Shown here in pieces: positions 24,150-37,827 of a stretch of 64,000 bases of DNA. Every line of letters starts with the position of its first letter. The stretch's first letter is position 1. The notes under the pieces are model-generated. The model did not search any database and had not been told where the DNA came from. It was given only the letters and a program-made list of their open reading frames with translations. Location: NCBI GenBank assembly GCA_043228905.1, contig JBHGNT010000010.1:19716001-19780000 (forward strand), in the 5' to 3' direction. Source of the DNA: Azolla caroliniana (taxonomy: Eukaryota; Plantae; Polypodiophyta). The position numbers and the translations under genes were made by a program.

Positions 24150-24825
24150 ACATACCGGAGTATCTAGTGTGGGCACTGAAGGTGCTCGCCGGTCGGCTTC
24201 TGCATGAATTGGTTGATCACTCCAACTGGATAACTGATGTCGGGTTGAGTGATTGTCAAGTATATGAGGCTTCCGACAATTTTTCAGAACCATTTCTCAT
24301 CGCAGGCCAGTCTGAAGTCAAGACGTAACTTTAGGTTCTAATCCAGGGGTGTGGAGATCGGTCGCCATGTTGTCATGCCAAACATGTACAACATATTCAG
24401 CACATTGTGTCTTTGTGAGAACAATATGTCATCGGGGGTCCGTATCACCTCGATCCCAAGAAAATATTGAAGGTCCCCCAGGTCCTTCATTTCAAATGCG
24501 TCCGACAACTAGGACTTCACTCTACCGATTTCATCCAGTCTGGGTCCGGTGATGACTAAATCATCAACATATAGCAGGATACAAACGGTATTGTCCAGAC
24601 CTTTCCGGATGAAGAGTGACAAGTCGGACATTGAGACCGCAAACCCCATCTTACGCAACCGGTGCGTGATCTTCACATTCCAAGCTCGGGGGGCTTGCTT
24701 CAGACCGTAAATCGACTTCTTGAGACGGCACACTACCGACTTGTTCATCTCCGATTGGAATCCGAGGGGTTGGATCATATAGACCCGTTCTTCAAGGTCA
24801 CCTTGAAGAAACACATTCTTCACGT

Positions 24826-25540
24826 TGTCGCATTGCTACGCGCGTGCGTGGCGAAGGGCAGGACCACGGGGGTCTTGGACTAAGGAGTAGAGGAGAAGGA
24901 ATCAGACACGGAATGGAAGCTTTGCCCAGGAAGAAGAAGAATCAACAAGACATTAGATCGAACAAGAGGAAGATGGAGACAAGATGATCAACAAGATATA
25001 TTAAAACGAAATGAACGATTACAAAATGGTGGTCGCATCGGCCGCACCAAACGACTACTCGAAACCCTAACCGACGAAGATGAAGATCATGATAAAGAAA
25101 CCCTAACCCTAACGCTCGACCTATGTGGTATACCTCGCACACTCAAAATAGGCAACCCTCACAATGGTGCCTTCCCTCTCCTTTTATAGCACAAGGAGGG
25201 AAGACCGTTTACAAAAACGAGACTAAAATATCCCCTTTCATTCAAAGGGGATATTTGCCTTGATTTGGGGGAGGGTGAGATTGATCGCCCCTTAACTCCC
25301 ACCTCCTCACAAACAACTAGGTACCTATGTACCGCATAGTACCTCTCTCTCTCGCGCGCGTGGATGTGCGCACAAGACCACATCGCCTTTATACCTTAGG
25401 GATCTTATGGGGCATTTCTAGCACCATACCCTTTTCCCCTATTATTATTACAAATACATTATGTATGTGTGCAACGTTGCACATCGCTCTTAGGCTCTCG
25501 TTGCTCGGGTTTCCGCTCGTGGACGAAAATCTTCACGACA
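24826..25540 (-). mobile_element. Solo LTR E (715 bp) with 4-bp TSD ACGT
   Basis: TGTCG..CGACA ends; ACGT at 24822-24825 and 25541-25544; removal restores the RT motif HQMDVKNVFLQG. Confidence 0.85.
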
Positions 25541-26524
25541 ACGTCCATTTGGTGAAGATGCCATCCCCTTGCCGCAGCAACAGCCAGTACCACACGAACT
25601 GTCGTCATCTTCGTTACTGGAGCGAAGGTCTTGTCGTAGTCGATTCCGTGGGTCTATGCGCATCCCTTAGCCACTAACCGGGCCTTGTATTGGTTGACCG
25701 AACCGTCGGCATTGTACTTCACCTTATATACCCATTTGCAACCGATCGGTTTACGCTTGTCGGGGAGGGTCAACCAGGTTCCATGTGTCGTTGGCATCAA
25801 GTGCCTGCATTTCTTCCTCCATAACAGCACGCCAATTTGCGTCTTTTGTTGCTTCTACGTAGCTCTCCGACTCACACACGTCTACCACCTTAGTCATGTA
25901 CGCATACTGATGCGCCATGTACTCATTGTATCCGTACCTCTGGCGGGGTTCTTCTGGCGGATTGAGCGGCGTAACTTTTCGTTAGCCGGTTTGAGGCCCT
26001 TCTTGGCCGGTTTGGACTTCCTTTCTGAAGATCTTGCCTTCTTCCTTTCTGGGGTCAGATTCACTCTGATCCGACCCTTCACTGTCGGTAACATATTCCG
26101 GCATCTTCTTCTTCCCCTTCTCTTTGCGCGTGAACCGTCTCCTTTATCTTAGTGGTGTAGTTCGTAACCGACATATCTCTTTGTCGGAGTTGCAACTTAC
26201 GAGATGTGGTACTCGCAGCGAAAATCTTCCGAAGATTTTCCTAAGCCTCCTTTGGCGTTTTTGCATCCTTGATGTAGCCGAGCATCTTATCGTGCACACT
26301 GGACGCGAGGCAGTACAATACTCGGCTCGCTCCTTGCTCCCATGCCGGGAAGTCTTTGTGTGTCGGATCCAGTGCTACCCTGTTGGTTCCTTCCACATAG
26401 CTCCAATATCCATGCCCCAATAGGAACTTGTGCATTTTATATGACCAAGATGCATAGTTGCTCCGGTCGAGCTTTTCTGTTAGAAGTGAACTTGCTATTC
26501 CTCTATCCATCTTAGGTTCTCTTC

Positions 26525-29500
26525 TGTAGAGAAATAGCGCAGAATATTGCTCGTCCACAACCAAGACTTGAATCACTTCTATGAGAATGAAACACAAAAA
26601 TGGAAATGGAGAGTACACAAAGAAAATACACAGGATGTTTACGTGGAAAACCTAAATAGGGAAAAACCACGGGAGCCCACAGACTCCAACTATCACTATG
26701 GGAAAAATGTACAATCAGAGCCTCAGAGGCAATGACCTCGAGCTCTGTATCTTCGCCAACCAGCGGTTACAATAGACTACCTCTCTATATCTCACACACT
26801 CTCTCTCTCTTTCTATCGCTCTCTATACAACAATTACCACAACAATGATCATCATCCACATCATAGTGATTGCCCTAAGTCATATTTATACTTATATGAA
26901 CTTGGGCCTATTTACAAATATAGCCTCAATAGGCTTACTGAAAACATATTTACAGATATGTCTTCTCTTTCGGTTCTCGCCGGCTCTCTCTTCCGGTTCT
27001 CACCGGGTCTCCTCTGGTTTTCGGATCTCTTCCGGTTCTCACCAGGTCCTCTATATTCATCACCGGATCCCATCCGGAGAGATCGATTTCCCAAAAATCT
27101 CCCCCTTCACTCCGGCATGGGATATCTTGTCAGCCCGATCCGCTTTCGACACGCATCCAGATTGTTAGTTGTCAGGACCTTGGTTAGCATGTCCGACCCA
27201 TTCTCCTCCGTGTGGATCTTCATCAGCACGAGCTCTTGATCTTCTACTCTCTCCCGGATCCAATGGTACCTGCGCTGGATATGTTTCATCCGGGAATGGT
27301 AGGCCGCGTTCTTTGCAAGGTGGATGGCGCTTTGACTATCGCAATAGAGCCGGTATTCCTCCTGTTGGATCCCTAGCTCTCTGATGAAGTCCTTCATCCA
27401 GGTTATCTCCTTGCCGGCTTCTACAGCTGCCATGTACTCCGCCTCCGTGGTTGACAACGCAACCTTCTTCTGCAGCCTCGACTGCCATGATACAACTCCA
27501 CTTACATAAGTCATTACATATCCGGATGAAGACCGGCTGGTATCCGCATCAACCGACATATCCGAATCCGTGAATCCGTCAAGTTGGGGATTACCAGAGC
27601 CAAACCGAAAGCACATACTCGAAGTGCCTTTCAGATACCGGAGTATCCACTTGACTGCATTCCAATGCTCTTTGCCAGGATTGCTCATGAACCGGCTCAC
27701 CACTCCGACTGCATATCCGATATCCGGCCGGGTACATACCATTGCGTACATCAAGCTCCTGACGGCAGAGGCATATAGTATCTTCATCATATCCGTCTTC
27801 TCTGCCTTTGTCCTCGGGCTTTGTTTTCCGGATAGCTTGCAGTTTGCCGGAGGTGTCGATCCGACCGGTTTCGCCTCTGACATGTTGAACCGTTGAAGCA
27901 TCTTTGTCACATACTTCTCCTATGACAGCCACAACAGCCTCTTCGACCAGTCCCGGTTGATGTGCATTCCCAATATCTGTCTTGTCGGCCCCAAGTCTTT
28001 CATTGAGAATGTCTGGTTCAAAGCCTTCTTCAGCGTCCGAATCTTGCCTTGATTTCGTTCGACGATCAACATATCATCCACATATAGGAGGAGTATCAGG
28101 AAATCTTCTCCATCAAATTTCTTCACAAACACGCAGTGATCGGCCTACGTCTTGTGGTACCCTTCGTCGGTCATGAAGGAGTCGAACTTCCGGTACCATT
28201 GCCAGGGAGCTTGCTTCAGTCCGTATAAGCTCTTCTTCAGCCGGCACACCAAGTGCTCCTTCCCTTTCTTCTCAAATCCTTCCAGTTGATGCATGTAGAT
28301 CTCCTCTTCGAGGTCACCATGGAGGAATGTCGTCTTCACGTCCAACTGCTCTATCTCGAGGTCCATGCTTGCCGTTATGCCCAATACCGTCCGGATGGAT
28401 GTCATCTTTACTACCGGGGCAAAGATCTCATCGAAGTCCACTCCTTTCTTCTGTTGGAAGCCCTTCACCACGATTCGGGCCTTATACCTTGGTGGATTTC
28501 TAGCATCTCCCAGTTTCAACTTGTACACCCACTTGTTCCAGAGTGCCCTCTTTCCTTTCGGCAACTCCACCAATTCGTATGTGTGGTTCTCATGCAGGGA
28601 ATCCATCTCATCCTGCATGGCACTCAACCACTTGTGGCTGTGGGTGTCTCCCCTTGCTTCTTCAAAGCTTTCTGGCTCCCCCTCATTGGTTAGCAACACA
28701 TGCTCTGCATCCGGAAATCTCCGGGGGGCTCTTCTCTCCCGAAGAGGATATCTTCGTCCTTGGTTTCTGACTTCCGGTTCCTCCATCTGTTCCGAATCCG
28801 AATCCGATTCAGGATCTTGTCCGGTTCCGGTGTCTTCTTCTTCGGTTGGTTCGGTTTCTTGTCTGAATCCGGCCGGTTCATCGAGTGTCATCCGGTTACC
28901 GGCTAACATCCGGCTTTCAACCGGGTAGGTCCTTGTGTCCTCAGGCCGGTTTTCATTGGATCCGGAGTTGGTCATCTTCTTCTCCGACTCCCAATCGGCA
29001 ATGGTCTTGTCTTCCATGAAGACTATGTCCCCACTCCGGAACACCTTCTTGTCGACCAGATCCCACACCCGGTAACCGAACTCATCGTCGTCGTATCCAA
29101 GGAATATGCATGGCCGGGACTTCGGGTCCAGCTTTGCTCTCTTGTCCTTCACCACATGCACGTATGCGAGACACCCGAACACCTTCACATGCCGATAAGA
29201 TACATCTTTGTCGGTCCATACCTTCTGAGGTGAGTCTCCTCCCAAGGGTACTGAGGGTGATCTGTTTATCACATAGGTCGTCGTCGTCAGCGCCTCAGCC
29301 CAAAACTTCTTGGGTAACTTGGCATGTGCAAGCATGCTCCGGACTCTCTCCACTATGGTCTGGTTCATCCTTTCGGCCAGCCCGTTTAGTTCCAACGTCT
29401 TCGGCATTGTAAACTCGAGTTGGATTCCCTTTGATCGGCAGTACTCCTCGAACTGCCCGTCTTCGGCATTGTAAACTCGAGTTGGATTCCCTTTGATCGG

Positions 29501-31701
29501 CAGTACTCCTCGAACTGCCCCCGGTAAGAATAACACTTGGTCCTTCGTCTTCAATGGTGAGACCCACAGCTTCCGGTTGTGGTCGTCTATGAACGTCACG
29601 AAGTACTGCGATCCGGCATGTGACTTCGTGTCGACTTGACACACATCGGTATGCACCAGCTCCAGTGGTGCATTCTGTCTCATCGGTGGTCTGGACCGGA
29701 AGGAGGTTCGGTTTTGCTTGCTAGCTAAGCAATCGGTGCACTTCTCAAGATGCACGTCCTTCACCAGAATGAGATTGACATCAGCAAGTCTTTTTATCCC
29801 CTTCTCACTCATGTGACACAGTCTTTTGTGCCACAGCTCACCGGCAGTGTCGGATGCTACGTTCACTTCTTCCCGGCATATTTGGGCATTCATCAAGTAT
29901 AGTGTGTTGATCTTCCAGGCTCGAGCCACTATTAAGCTCCCTTTGCGGAACTTCATAGATCCGTTCCGGATGCTACCCGTGTAGCCTTCATCATCTAGCC
30001 GACCGGCTGATATCAAGTTCAGTCGAACCTCCGGAACGTGTCGGACATCCTTCAGTAGCAACTTGCATCCGGTTTATGTCGTCAACAGCACATCTCCTAT
30101 GCAGACAATTCGGCATGTACCTTCATTCCCCATCCGGGCACAACCATGATCACCGGCTATGTAGGATGAGAAGCATCTCCAGTCCGGTGTCAGGTGGAAT
30201 GACGCTCCGGAATCGACAACCCACGTTGTCTCGTCTCCAACAAGGTTTAACTCATTCTCCTCGATAATGAGCATCAGTTCCTCTTCACTTGTCGCGATTG
30301 TCGATGTTCCTTTCTGATCCAAGCCTCTCCGGTCCGAATCGTTTCAGTCTGAACCCTTCTTCGAATCGGTGGTGCCAATTTCCTTCTCTTTCCAAAAATG
30401 CCGACAGTTCTTCTGGAAGTGCCCCGGCTTCCCACAGTAGAAGCAAGTAGGTCTCCCCCTTGACTTCGACCTCGTCCCTTATTTGTCCCGGTTTTGGGGG
30501 CTCCGATACCGGACTCTTCGCCGGTTGTGGTCATCATCCGTGACCAAGGCCTTCGGATCGGTTCCGGACTCTCGGTCCTTCCAACGAGCTTCTTCATCTA
30601 GCAAGCTTGATTTTACCCTTGCTAGGGACAACTGTTTTACTTCCGGCCCGGCGTTGCCCATCGTGACAACTAATGTCTCCCAACTATTCGGGAGGGAACC
30701 GAGCAGGAGAAATGCAAGTACCTCATCAACAAGAGGTACTTCCAACGAGGTTGCCTGGTGGATCAATCCTTGGAAGGCATTCATGTGCTCCGTCATACTG
30801 GAGTCATCTTGGTATCGAAGCCTCACTAGCTTCCGGAATACCGAAACCCGATTAACATCATTCCTGGTTTGGAACATGATGTTGATCTTCTCCCAGAGTT
30901 CATGAGCCTTGCTCTCTTCATTGAAGTTGTTGTACAGGCTCATGTAGATGAAGCACCAGATGTATGTCGTCGTCTTCATGTGCATCACCTCCCACACTGT
31001 GGCGTCAATCTTATCAAGTCTCTTGTCCCCGAACTGAACCGGCAACCAAAGATCTTTGACCACCAGCATATCCCTCATCTTCAACTTCCACACTGAATAG
31101 TTGGATCCGGTGAGCTTGAACATACCGTCGAACGATTCTTCCATTTCCCGTGTTGTTTGCTCTGATACCATCTTATAGAGAAATAGTGCAGAATATTGCT
31201 CGGCCACAACCGAGACTTGAATCACTTCTATGAGAATGAAACACAAAAATGGAAATGGAGAGTACACAGAAAATACACAGGATGTTTACGTGGAAAACCT
31301 AAATAGGGAAAAACCACGGGAGCCCATAGACTCCAACTATCACTATGGGAGAAATGTACAATTAGAGCCTCAGAGCCAATGACCTCGAGCTCTGTATCTT
31401 TCACCAACCGGCGGTTACAACAGACTACCTCTCTGTATCTCACACTCTCTCTCTCTGTGTTGCTCTCTATACAACAATTACCACAACAATGATCACCATC
31501 CACATCATAGTGATTGCCCTAAGTCATATTTATACTTATATGAACTTGGGCCTATTTACAAATATAGCCTCAATAGGCTTACTCAAAACATATTTACAGA
31601 TATGTCTTCTCTTTCGGTTCTCATCGGCTCTCTCTTCCGGTTCTCACCGGGTCCTCTATATTCATCACCGGATCCCATCCGGAGAGACCGATTTCCCAAC
31701 A
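26525..31701 (-). mobile_element. Ty1/copia element F, older relative of copia A, full length but degenerate, inserted in the 5' UTR of C
   Basis: LTRs 26525-27096 and 31174-31701; TSD TCTTC/TCTTT; PBS-iMet 31159-31170; gag-pol 27107-~31146 with stops and frameshifts, clearly similar to A. Confidence 0.92.
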
Positions 31702-31888
31702 TCTTTTGTTCTTCACTAGGTGGTAGGGTTTGTCTTCACTAGTCGCTTGTTGGCTGCAGAGGTTCTCAACCCTTGCGCTCTAATTCCATGTGAAAGTTAG
31801 CGTGCGTAAGCGTATGCCAAACCGGCTCTACCGAATAGTAACAGTAAAGAGAAGAAGGTTTAATGGAAGCTTAGCACAAAGAATAAGC

Positions 31889-31893
<5 letters not shown>

Positions 31894-31974
<81 letters not shown>
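31894..31974. repeat. (GA)~40 microsatellite inside the copia C 5' LTR
   Basis: Visible; only about 5 units at the matching site of the other LTR. Confidence 0.9.
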
Positions 31975-31975
<1 letters not shown>

Positions 31976-32321
31976 AGAGCAGAACATAAAACTCTATTCA
32001 AAAATAACACTCTATAACTCTGTACATACAATGTGCTCAGAGAGCACTTTTATACAAGTCCATAAAGGACTAACAGAAGTACGTACAGGTACTTCAATGC
32101 TCACACGAGCGACTGTCATTGACTCCCAAAAAATATGCCTACGTATTAGGCTGGATTCGTAGGCCTCTAATGGCCTACCGATTTCAATCCGATTCGGGTC
32201 TCCGATCCGGCTCCTAGTTCCGGATATCATCCGGACACCGATCTGGTTCTCCGTTCCGGATACTGATCCGGCTCTGGCTTATTCAGTCAATCTAGATCTG
32301 GTTGAGCTTGCTCGCTCAACA

Positions 32322-35200
32322 TGATCTCTAAATTAATCTTTTGTATCATGTGTTTCAGCCAATCAATCATAATTAAGTAATATTGCATGTAAGCTATGAA
32401 TATAGATTGCACTATCCTCAATCTGACATGGAGTGGCCATGTTGCAATTTTCCAATAGCTTAGCTTTTGTCTCACTTTTTGCAGAACCCATTCAACCTTT
32501 CCTTTGCTTGTTGCATTCCATCCCAATGGATAACCAAGATGTCTAACCATTTCATTTGGGCTAACAACTTGACCTGGCCACAAAAGTTGATGCCAACTAT
32601 ATGGTGTTAAGGCTAGGAGTTTGGACTTGCTGAAATTAACATGTGGTACAATAGCTAATCCATACAATTTGAGGGCATCCATAATCACTCTCATATCATT
32701 TGGATTGTTTTGTGACAAGAATGATGACATATCATCTACATATACCTAAGCCACGAAATCATGTTCGTCTTTCGTTTGCAAACCGTTAAGTTGAACAATT
32801 GATACTAGATTATCCATGTACAATAGTAGTGGATGAGTTGCAAATGCATACAACAATGCACTTACAGGACAACCTTGTCGTAGTGATTTGGCTAAGCTCC
32901 ATGCATCTGTCAATTCACCATCAATAATGCATGAAGATGTGCTAGACCCATAAAGCCAATAGATTACTTCAGACATCTTCGGGCCAAATCCTAGTTTGAC
33001 CATTGTAGTTGCCACAAAATCCCATTGTATGGTATCAAAGGCCTTTTCAAAGTCAATTTGCTTGATCAATACATCTTGTTTGGTGTATTTGGCATACTCC
33101 ATTCCAATATAGGCATTAGCAATATTATCTGTAACTTGCCTTCATGGAATGAACCTGTACTGGTTTATGTGTATGCCTCCCAACAAAGTGTCCTTAATAC
33201 GATTAACAATCATCTTTGCAATAAGTTTATAGATTACTGGCATGAGAGTCATTAGTCGTGTATCCGGAAAAATTTCACATAATTTCTTTTTGGGTATTAA
33301 TTTGACCAAACCTTCTTTCTATAGGCATATCCCATTGTTGCCAAGCTTTATTTGACATATACAAGATTAAATCCTTAAGGACATCCCAAAATTCTACAAT
33401 GAACTCTAACGTAATACCATCCCAACCAGGCGCTTTGCCTTTCCCAAGACCCTTCCGAGCCTCCATTGTGAATGTTGCATCGAAAGCAATTATAGCTTTA
33501 TCAACACAAATAGTGGGTTGAGATTGTTGGGAAAATTGGTCCCTCCGGATGGGAAGAGCACGAGGTGAATTAGTCGACCCTAACTCGATCGAGGCCGAAA
33601 AATCAACTAACCGAAAATCGGATAATAATCGATTTCGGTTAATAGCCAAATCAGTCAAATCCGATCGGGTTATATTTGTAAATAGCCTAGATGTGCCCAT
33701 TAAGGTTATATTTGTAAATAGTTTGTTATGTATATAAGTATATATATACTCAGGGGCAAGTAGTTAGAAGGTAGAGAATCATCATTTAAATTCTTGTTGA
33801 ACAAGCTGTAGTTGGTTGTTGCCACTGTAACTAGAGTGTGAGAGAGTGAGAGAGGGTGTATGTATATTTGTAACCGTTAGTGACGAAGAAGAGCTTCAAG
33901 GTCGTTGCCTTCAAGCTTCTTGTTCTACTCCTCCCATCATAGTAATTATGTTCGGAGTTTGTGGACTCCCCGTGGTTTTTCCCTTTTCGGGTTTTCCACA
34001 TTAAATCGTGTGTCTTCTGTCTTGTCTGTTTTCATATGTCATTCTCGATCTTTGCACCCGCATACATATACGTGCTAACTGGTTGTGGCCAAAGTCGATC
34101 CTCAACAGAACTAGTGACAAGAATGTATCTTTGGCCTATTTAACTGCATCTGTAACAACTGCGTTGTTCTGAAATATGTGAGAGAAGTGAGTTACACATT
34201 CCTTGGCTAGTTCAAGTCAGTTTGTAGTCCACGAACCATCACCAGTTTTGATGAATGTAATGGATTCCTTTTGGCGTATTAGATGCAACCCTTTGAAGAA
34301 AGATTTAGAAGAGTGTCCTTTGTCTTTCAATGGCAATTGTCTTGACCTAACTTTCCATTTTTCCAATTTATTTTTGTCATGTAGCATTAATGTGTGTTTG
34401 GCCATACACAATGCATCCTCTTAATGTAAGATCAAATATCTGCTATGTGCTAACTCCGTTGGGGCTTGACAAGTAAATTTGGCTTGTTGAGTGCAATCTC
34501 TTTGTCTTGAGACATACCACTTCCCATACTCCTGTATTATCGTTTGTAATCTATGTACAAAATGTACCCACGTTGTGTCAACATCTATGTTGACTTCTAC
34601 ATAAAGAGGAGGTATTATGTCATAGACCATCCTCTTGAAGAGCTCATGCTTGAGGTAGGTGTTGTTAATGAGCATAAGCCTCTTCCTTTGGAGATGCACT
34701 TCATAGGAATGATTCCCAAAATGAAGGTCTAGCCAAACAAGAGCATGAGCTGACAACTACAAAGTATGATCTACATGCATTGTACATGTGAAATTTTCAT
34801 ACTAACTAGCATACAACAAATACCCTTTCATCAACAAATACCCTTTCATCACACCACCCACTCCTCACATTATGCAAGGCTTGATAGAAAGGTAAACCCC
34901 GGAACATGTCGGTGTGTCATTTTCCATAAATCAGCCCAATCCAATGAGTTTTGCATATTATATACCATTTACCTTGTTCCTCTCTCAACATATGTGAGTG
35001 CCCACTAGTGTGATCACCTGCATTTTGTGGCCATGGATAAGCACAAATGTCTTGTCAAAGTAAAGCTCTTGCCCTTGAGCCATTCAGGGCATATATTCCA
35101 ACAAAATCATATGTCTCTCCATATATCATGCATTGCACAACCATCCACCTCCCACGTTGATCCCAAGGTTATTCTCATAATATACTCCTTGTTTTCAAAA
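32322..35200 (-). pseudogene. LINE (L1-like) ORF2: RT domain and upstream region, degenerate; right boundary approximate
   Basis: KAPGWDGITLEF, IDFEKAFDTIQWDF, SLRQGCPVSALLYA, YVDD, VNFSKSKL, VRHLGYPLG. Confidence 0.88.
33525..34107 (+). mobile_element. Solo LTR of the copia A/F family inserted in the LINE
   Basis: TGTTGGGAAA..CTCAACA; shares TATATTTGTAAATAG and GTGGTTTTTCCC..GGTTTTCCAC blocks with the A/F LTRs; TSD poor (GAGAT/GAACT). Confidence 0.8.
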
Positions 35201-35350
35201 CATTGCACTATTGTAATGACAAATCAAAATCAAGTAATTTAAATTTTAAAACATGCTCTTTCTCCACTCGAGCATCATCCACGATTTAATCCAACCATTC
35301 AATATTGAATTCACGAATTTGTTTAAATCATAAATATTTAGGTCAAGTAG

Positions 35351-35711
35351 TAGGAGTTAGCAATGGCTCAGCTCAAGCCTAAATTAATTCATTAAACCGT
35401 TTTTAAACGGTTTGGTGGTTTGGTTCGACTCAGTTCAACCTTGAGCTTCTTGACCGGTTTGAGCTTGGTTTGGCAAGGCTCAAGCTGAACCGAACCATTT
35501 TGGGCCAAACCGGTTAAGGCTTAATTGATTTAGCCAAACCAGTTCCTAAATCAATTTAGGCTTAACCGGTTTGACCAAACCGGTCAACCTTAACCAACTT
35601 AAGAACCAGCTCAGTTCAAGTTTGAAAACTTCCAAACAAGTTAAGGCTTAACCAGTTTGGTTTGGACAAGGCTAAACCGATTAAGTTGAAATCAAACCGT
35701 TCTTATTCTTG
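35351..35711. mobile_element. Non-autonomous hAT-like MITE
   Basis: 8-bp TSD TCAAGTAG (35343-35350/35712-35719); degenerate TAGG../..CTTG ends; interior rich in AAACCG/CGGTTT motifs. Confidence 0.65.
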
Positions 35712-36106
35712 TCAAGTAGTGAGAATTGTTTCTTGTAAATAAAGCCTAGAAGGCTTTACTTACAAGAAACAATCTAGAATACCGTTTAGAATATTGAAGC
35801 AATAAACATTAAGGGAAATCATGTCATTTTCTCTTGTTTTAATATTCCTTTGAATGTCAATGCCGTTTAGAATATCAAGGCAATAAATATTAAGGGAAAT
35901 AATATCATTTTCTCTTGTATTTTTTTCCTTGAAAGATTTTCTTCAATAGTATTAAAAACATCTAAAGACTACAAGCTGAAGTTATCTACCCATAGGCTTA
36001 CAACGTAGAATAAAAGCCAATGTATGTACACTAAAACCTGTACCTACAAAAACAACTTATACAGGGATGTTGAACCTTGATATAGTACATTAACATGTTT
36101 TTATAT

Positions 36107-36403
36107 TCAAGAAAGGGTCCATGGAAGTTGATAGTTCCATTGAGGTCTTTGATTTGTCACTACAAAGTGGGGCACCTTCCTCCATAAGAGAAGAAGCTTC
36201 ATCCTTCTCTTATGAATATTTTTTGGAGAACCATACATGTTATCATACTGCCCACAAACTACTATCAGCAATGTTTCCCATATCTCAGGCAGTACCTCTG
36301 AACGACCAAGCTCTACTGCATCGTAAAGTCGACTGCATCTACATTTCCATAATACCCATAATGTTACCATAGTCACAGTTTTCCAAACATGGACAGATCG
36401 CAC
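36107..36403 (-). pseudogene. Short LINE ORF2 3'-end fragment
   Basis: W..TLWVLWKCRCSRLYD resembles the L1 C-terminal W.IWK.RN motif. Confidence 0.5.
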
Positions 36404-37827
36404 CTGATTTCGAATTTATTGAAACAGACTAACCAATATCAATCTTCTGTTGTGTGTCGTCATGGCCTCTTGAATATCTTCTGCCTCATACAACATCAAG
36501 TTATTTTAATATTCTAGACTTGTTTTAATATCGCCTGCCTCATTTTCTCTTGTTTTAATATTCCTATGAGGCAAAATGTTCACAATCTAGAATATTGGTC
36601 ATATGTAGAGTGTATTCAAGAAATATGCTCATAGTGTGATCAATGGAGAATTGTTCTAAATATTATAAGGGATTAGCTAATTAGGAATCGGCAATAGCCT
36701 GGCTCAGCTTGTGGGGCCTCAATACAAGCAACTTTGGCTCCAAAGACGATTGAAAAAATCAAAGCTTGAGCCTACCCGCCCAAGCCTAAGTGGCTTAAAT
36801 AGAGGCATTCTTGAGCTACACTTGGGCCTTGGATTATTTTCTTGAGAGCTTGTGAAATGGTGATTTGAAAGGAGGCAAAGTTGAGCCCTTAATTTGACTA
36901 AGTTGGAGAAGTTTTTGCTCTTAAAAGAAATAGGTTTACTGTCTTAGTAAAAATGGTGTCCATTCCATAATCACTTGCGTCGATTTAACCTAAAAAGTTA
37001 TACATGTTAGAGGATAAAACATTACTCTTGGTAATCATTCCTAGGAATTAGTTTTGTAGACTTGAGCTTTACCTTCAAACATATTAGTAAAAGGTGTCTT
37101 CAATTATGGAAAAAGATTTTCAAGGAAAACTAACAAACCAAAGAACCAACAAATATCTCAAGCATTGTGAGGAATCAATCACAATGTTACTTTACTTATT
37201 AGACAATAATAGATCTAAACACCATGGTCAATAATTAAATGTCCTACTTTATTGATAGTTTAAAAACTCACATTTTTAAAACTTTAGCATAGAATTGTTC
37301 TTCTCACTAATTACATCTATGACAAAATGAACTTGACTGTGATGTTCATCCAAAGTATGGCTACAAACAAGAATATTGTCCAAGAAATTCTCCTTCTCTC
37401 ACTTGGTTCTATTTATTGCTATCTATAAATTTATGATTGGGATCGAGATGTCAAAATGTATTTTAGCGAGATTAATTGTCCTTCTGGCAAAAATGTTTGA
37501 GGAAGTAGATGTAGATGTATGTTGATACATTGACATCACATGAAAAGGATGAACTCCCCCCCCCCCCCCCCCCCCAAACACACCCACCTCCCTTTTTTCA
37601 TGCCTTAAGTATGTGCACAAATTGGGTTTTCTTAAACATTATCTTAGTACAAAATTCATATTACCAAGCCAAGAAGTTGAGAGAGATTGAGGGGAAGAAA
37701 TTCAATCTTTTAAAGTGACATGAATAAATACCTATTTATTTTCATGTCGGAGGACTAATGCATTTGGCTTACCACAACTCATTAGATTGACAAGCATACT
37801 AGAAGCACTTACAGTGTGGAAGCATTA

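Larger units (their letters stand above)
21622..32321 (-). mobile_element. Ty1/copia element C, internally deleted (PR-INT missing), hosting solo LTRs D and E and copia F
   Basis: LTRs 21622-22050 and 31789-32321; TSD TGATT/TGATC; degenerate PBS next to 31789; PPT 22051-22060; gag (26150-26510), RT and RNase H remnants. Confidence 0.88.
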
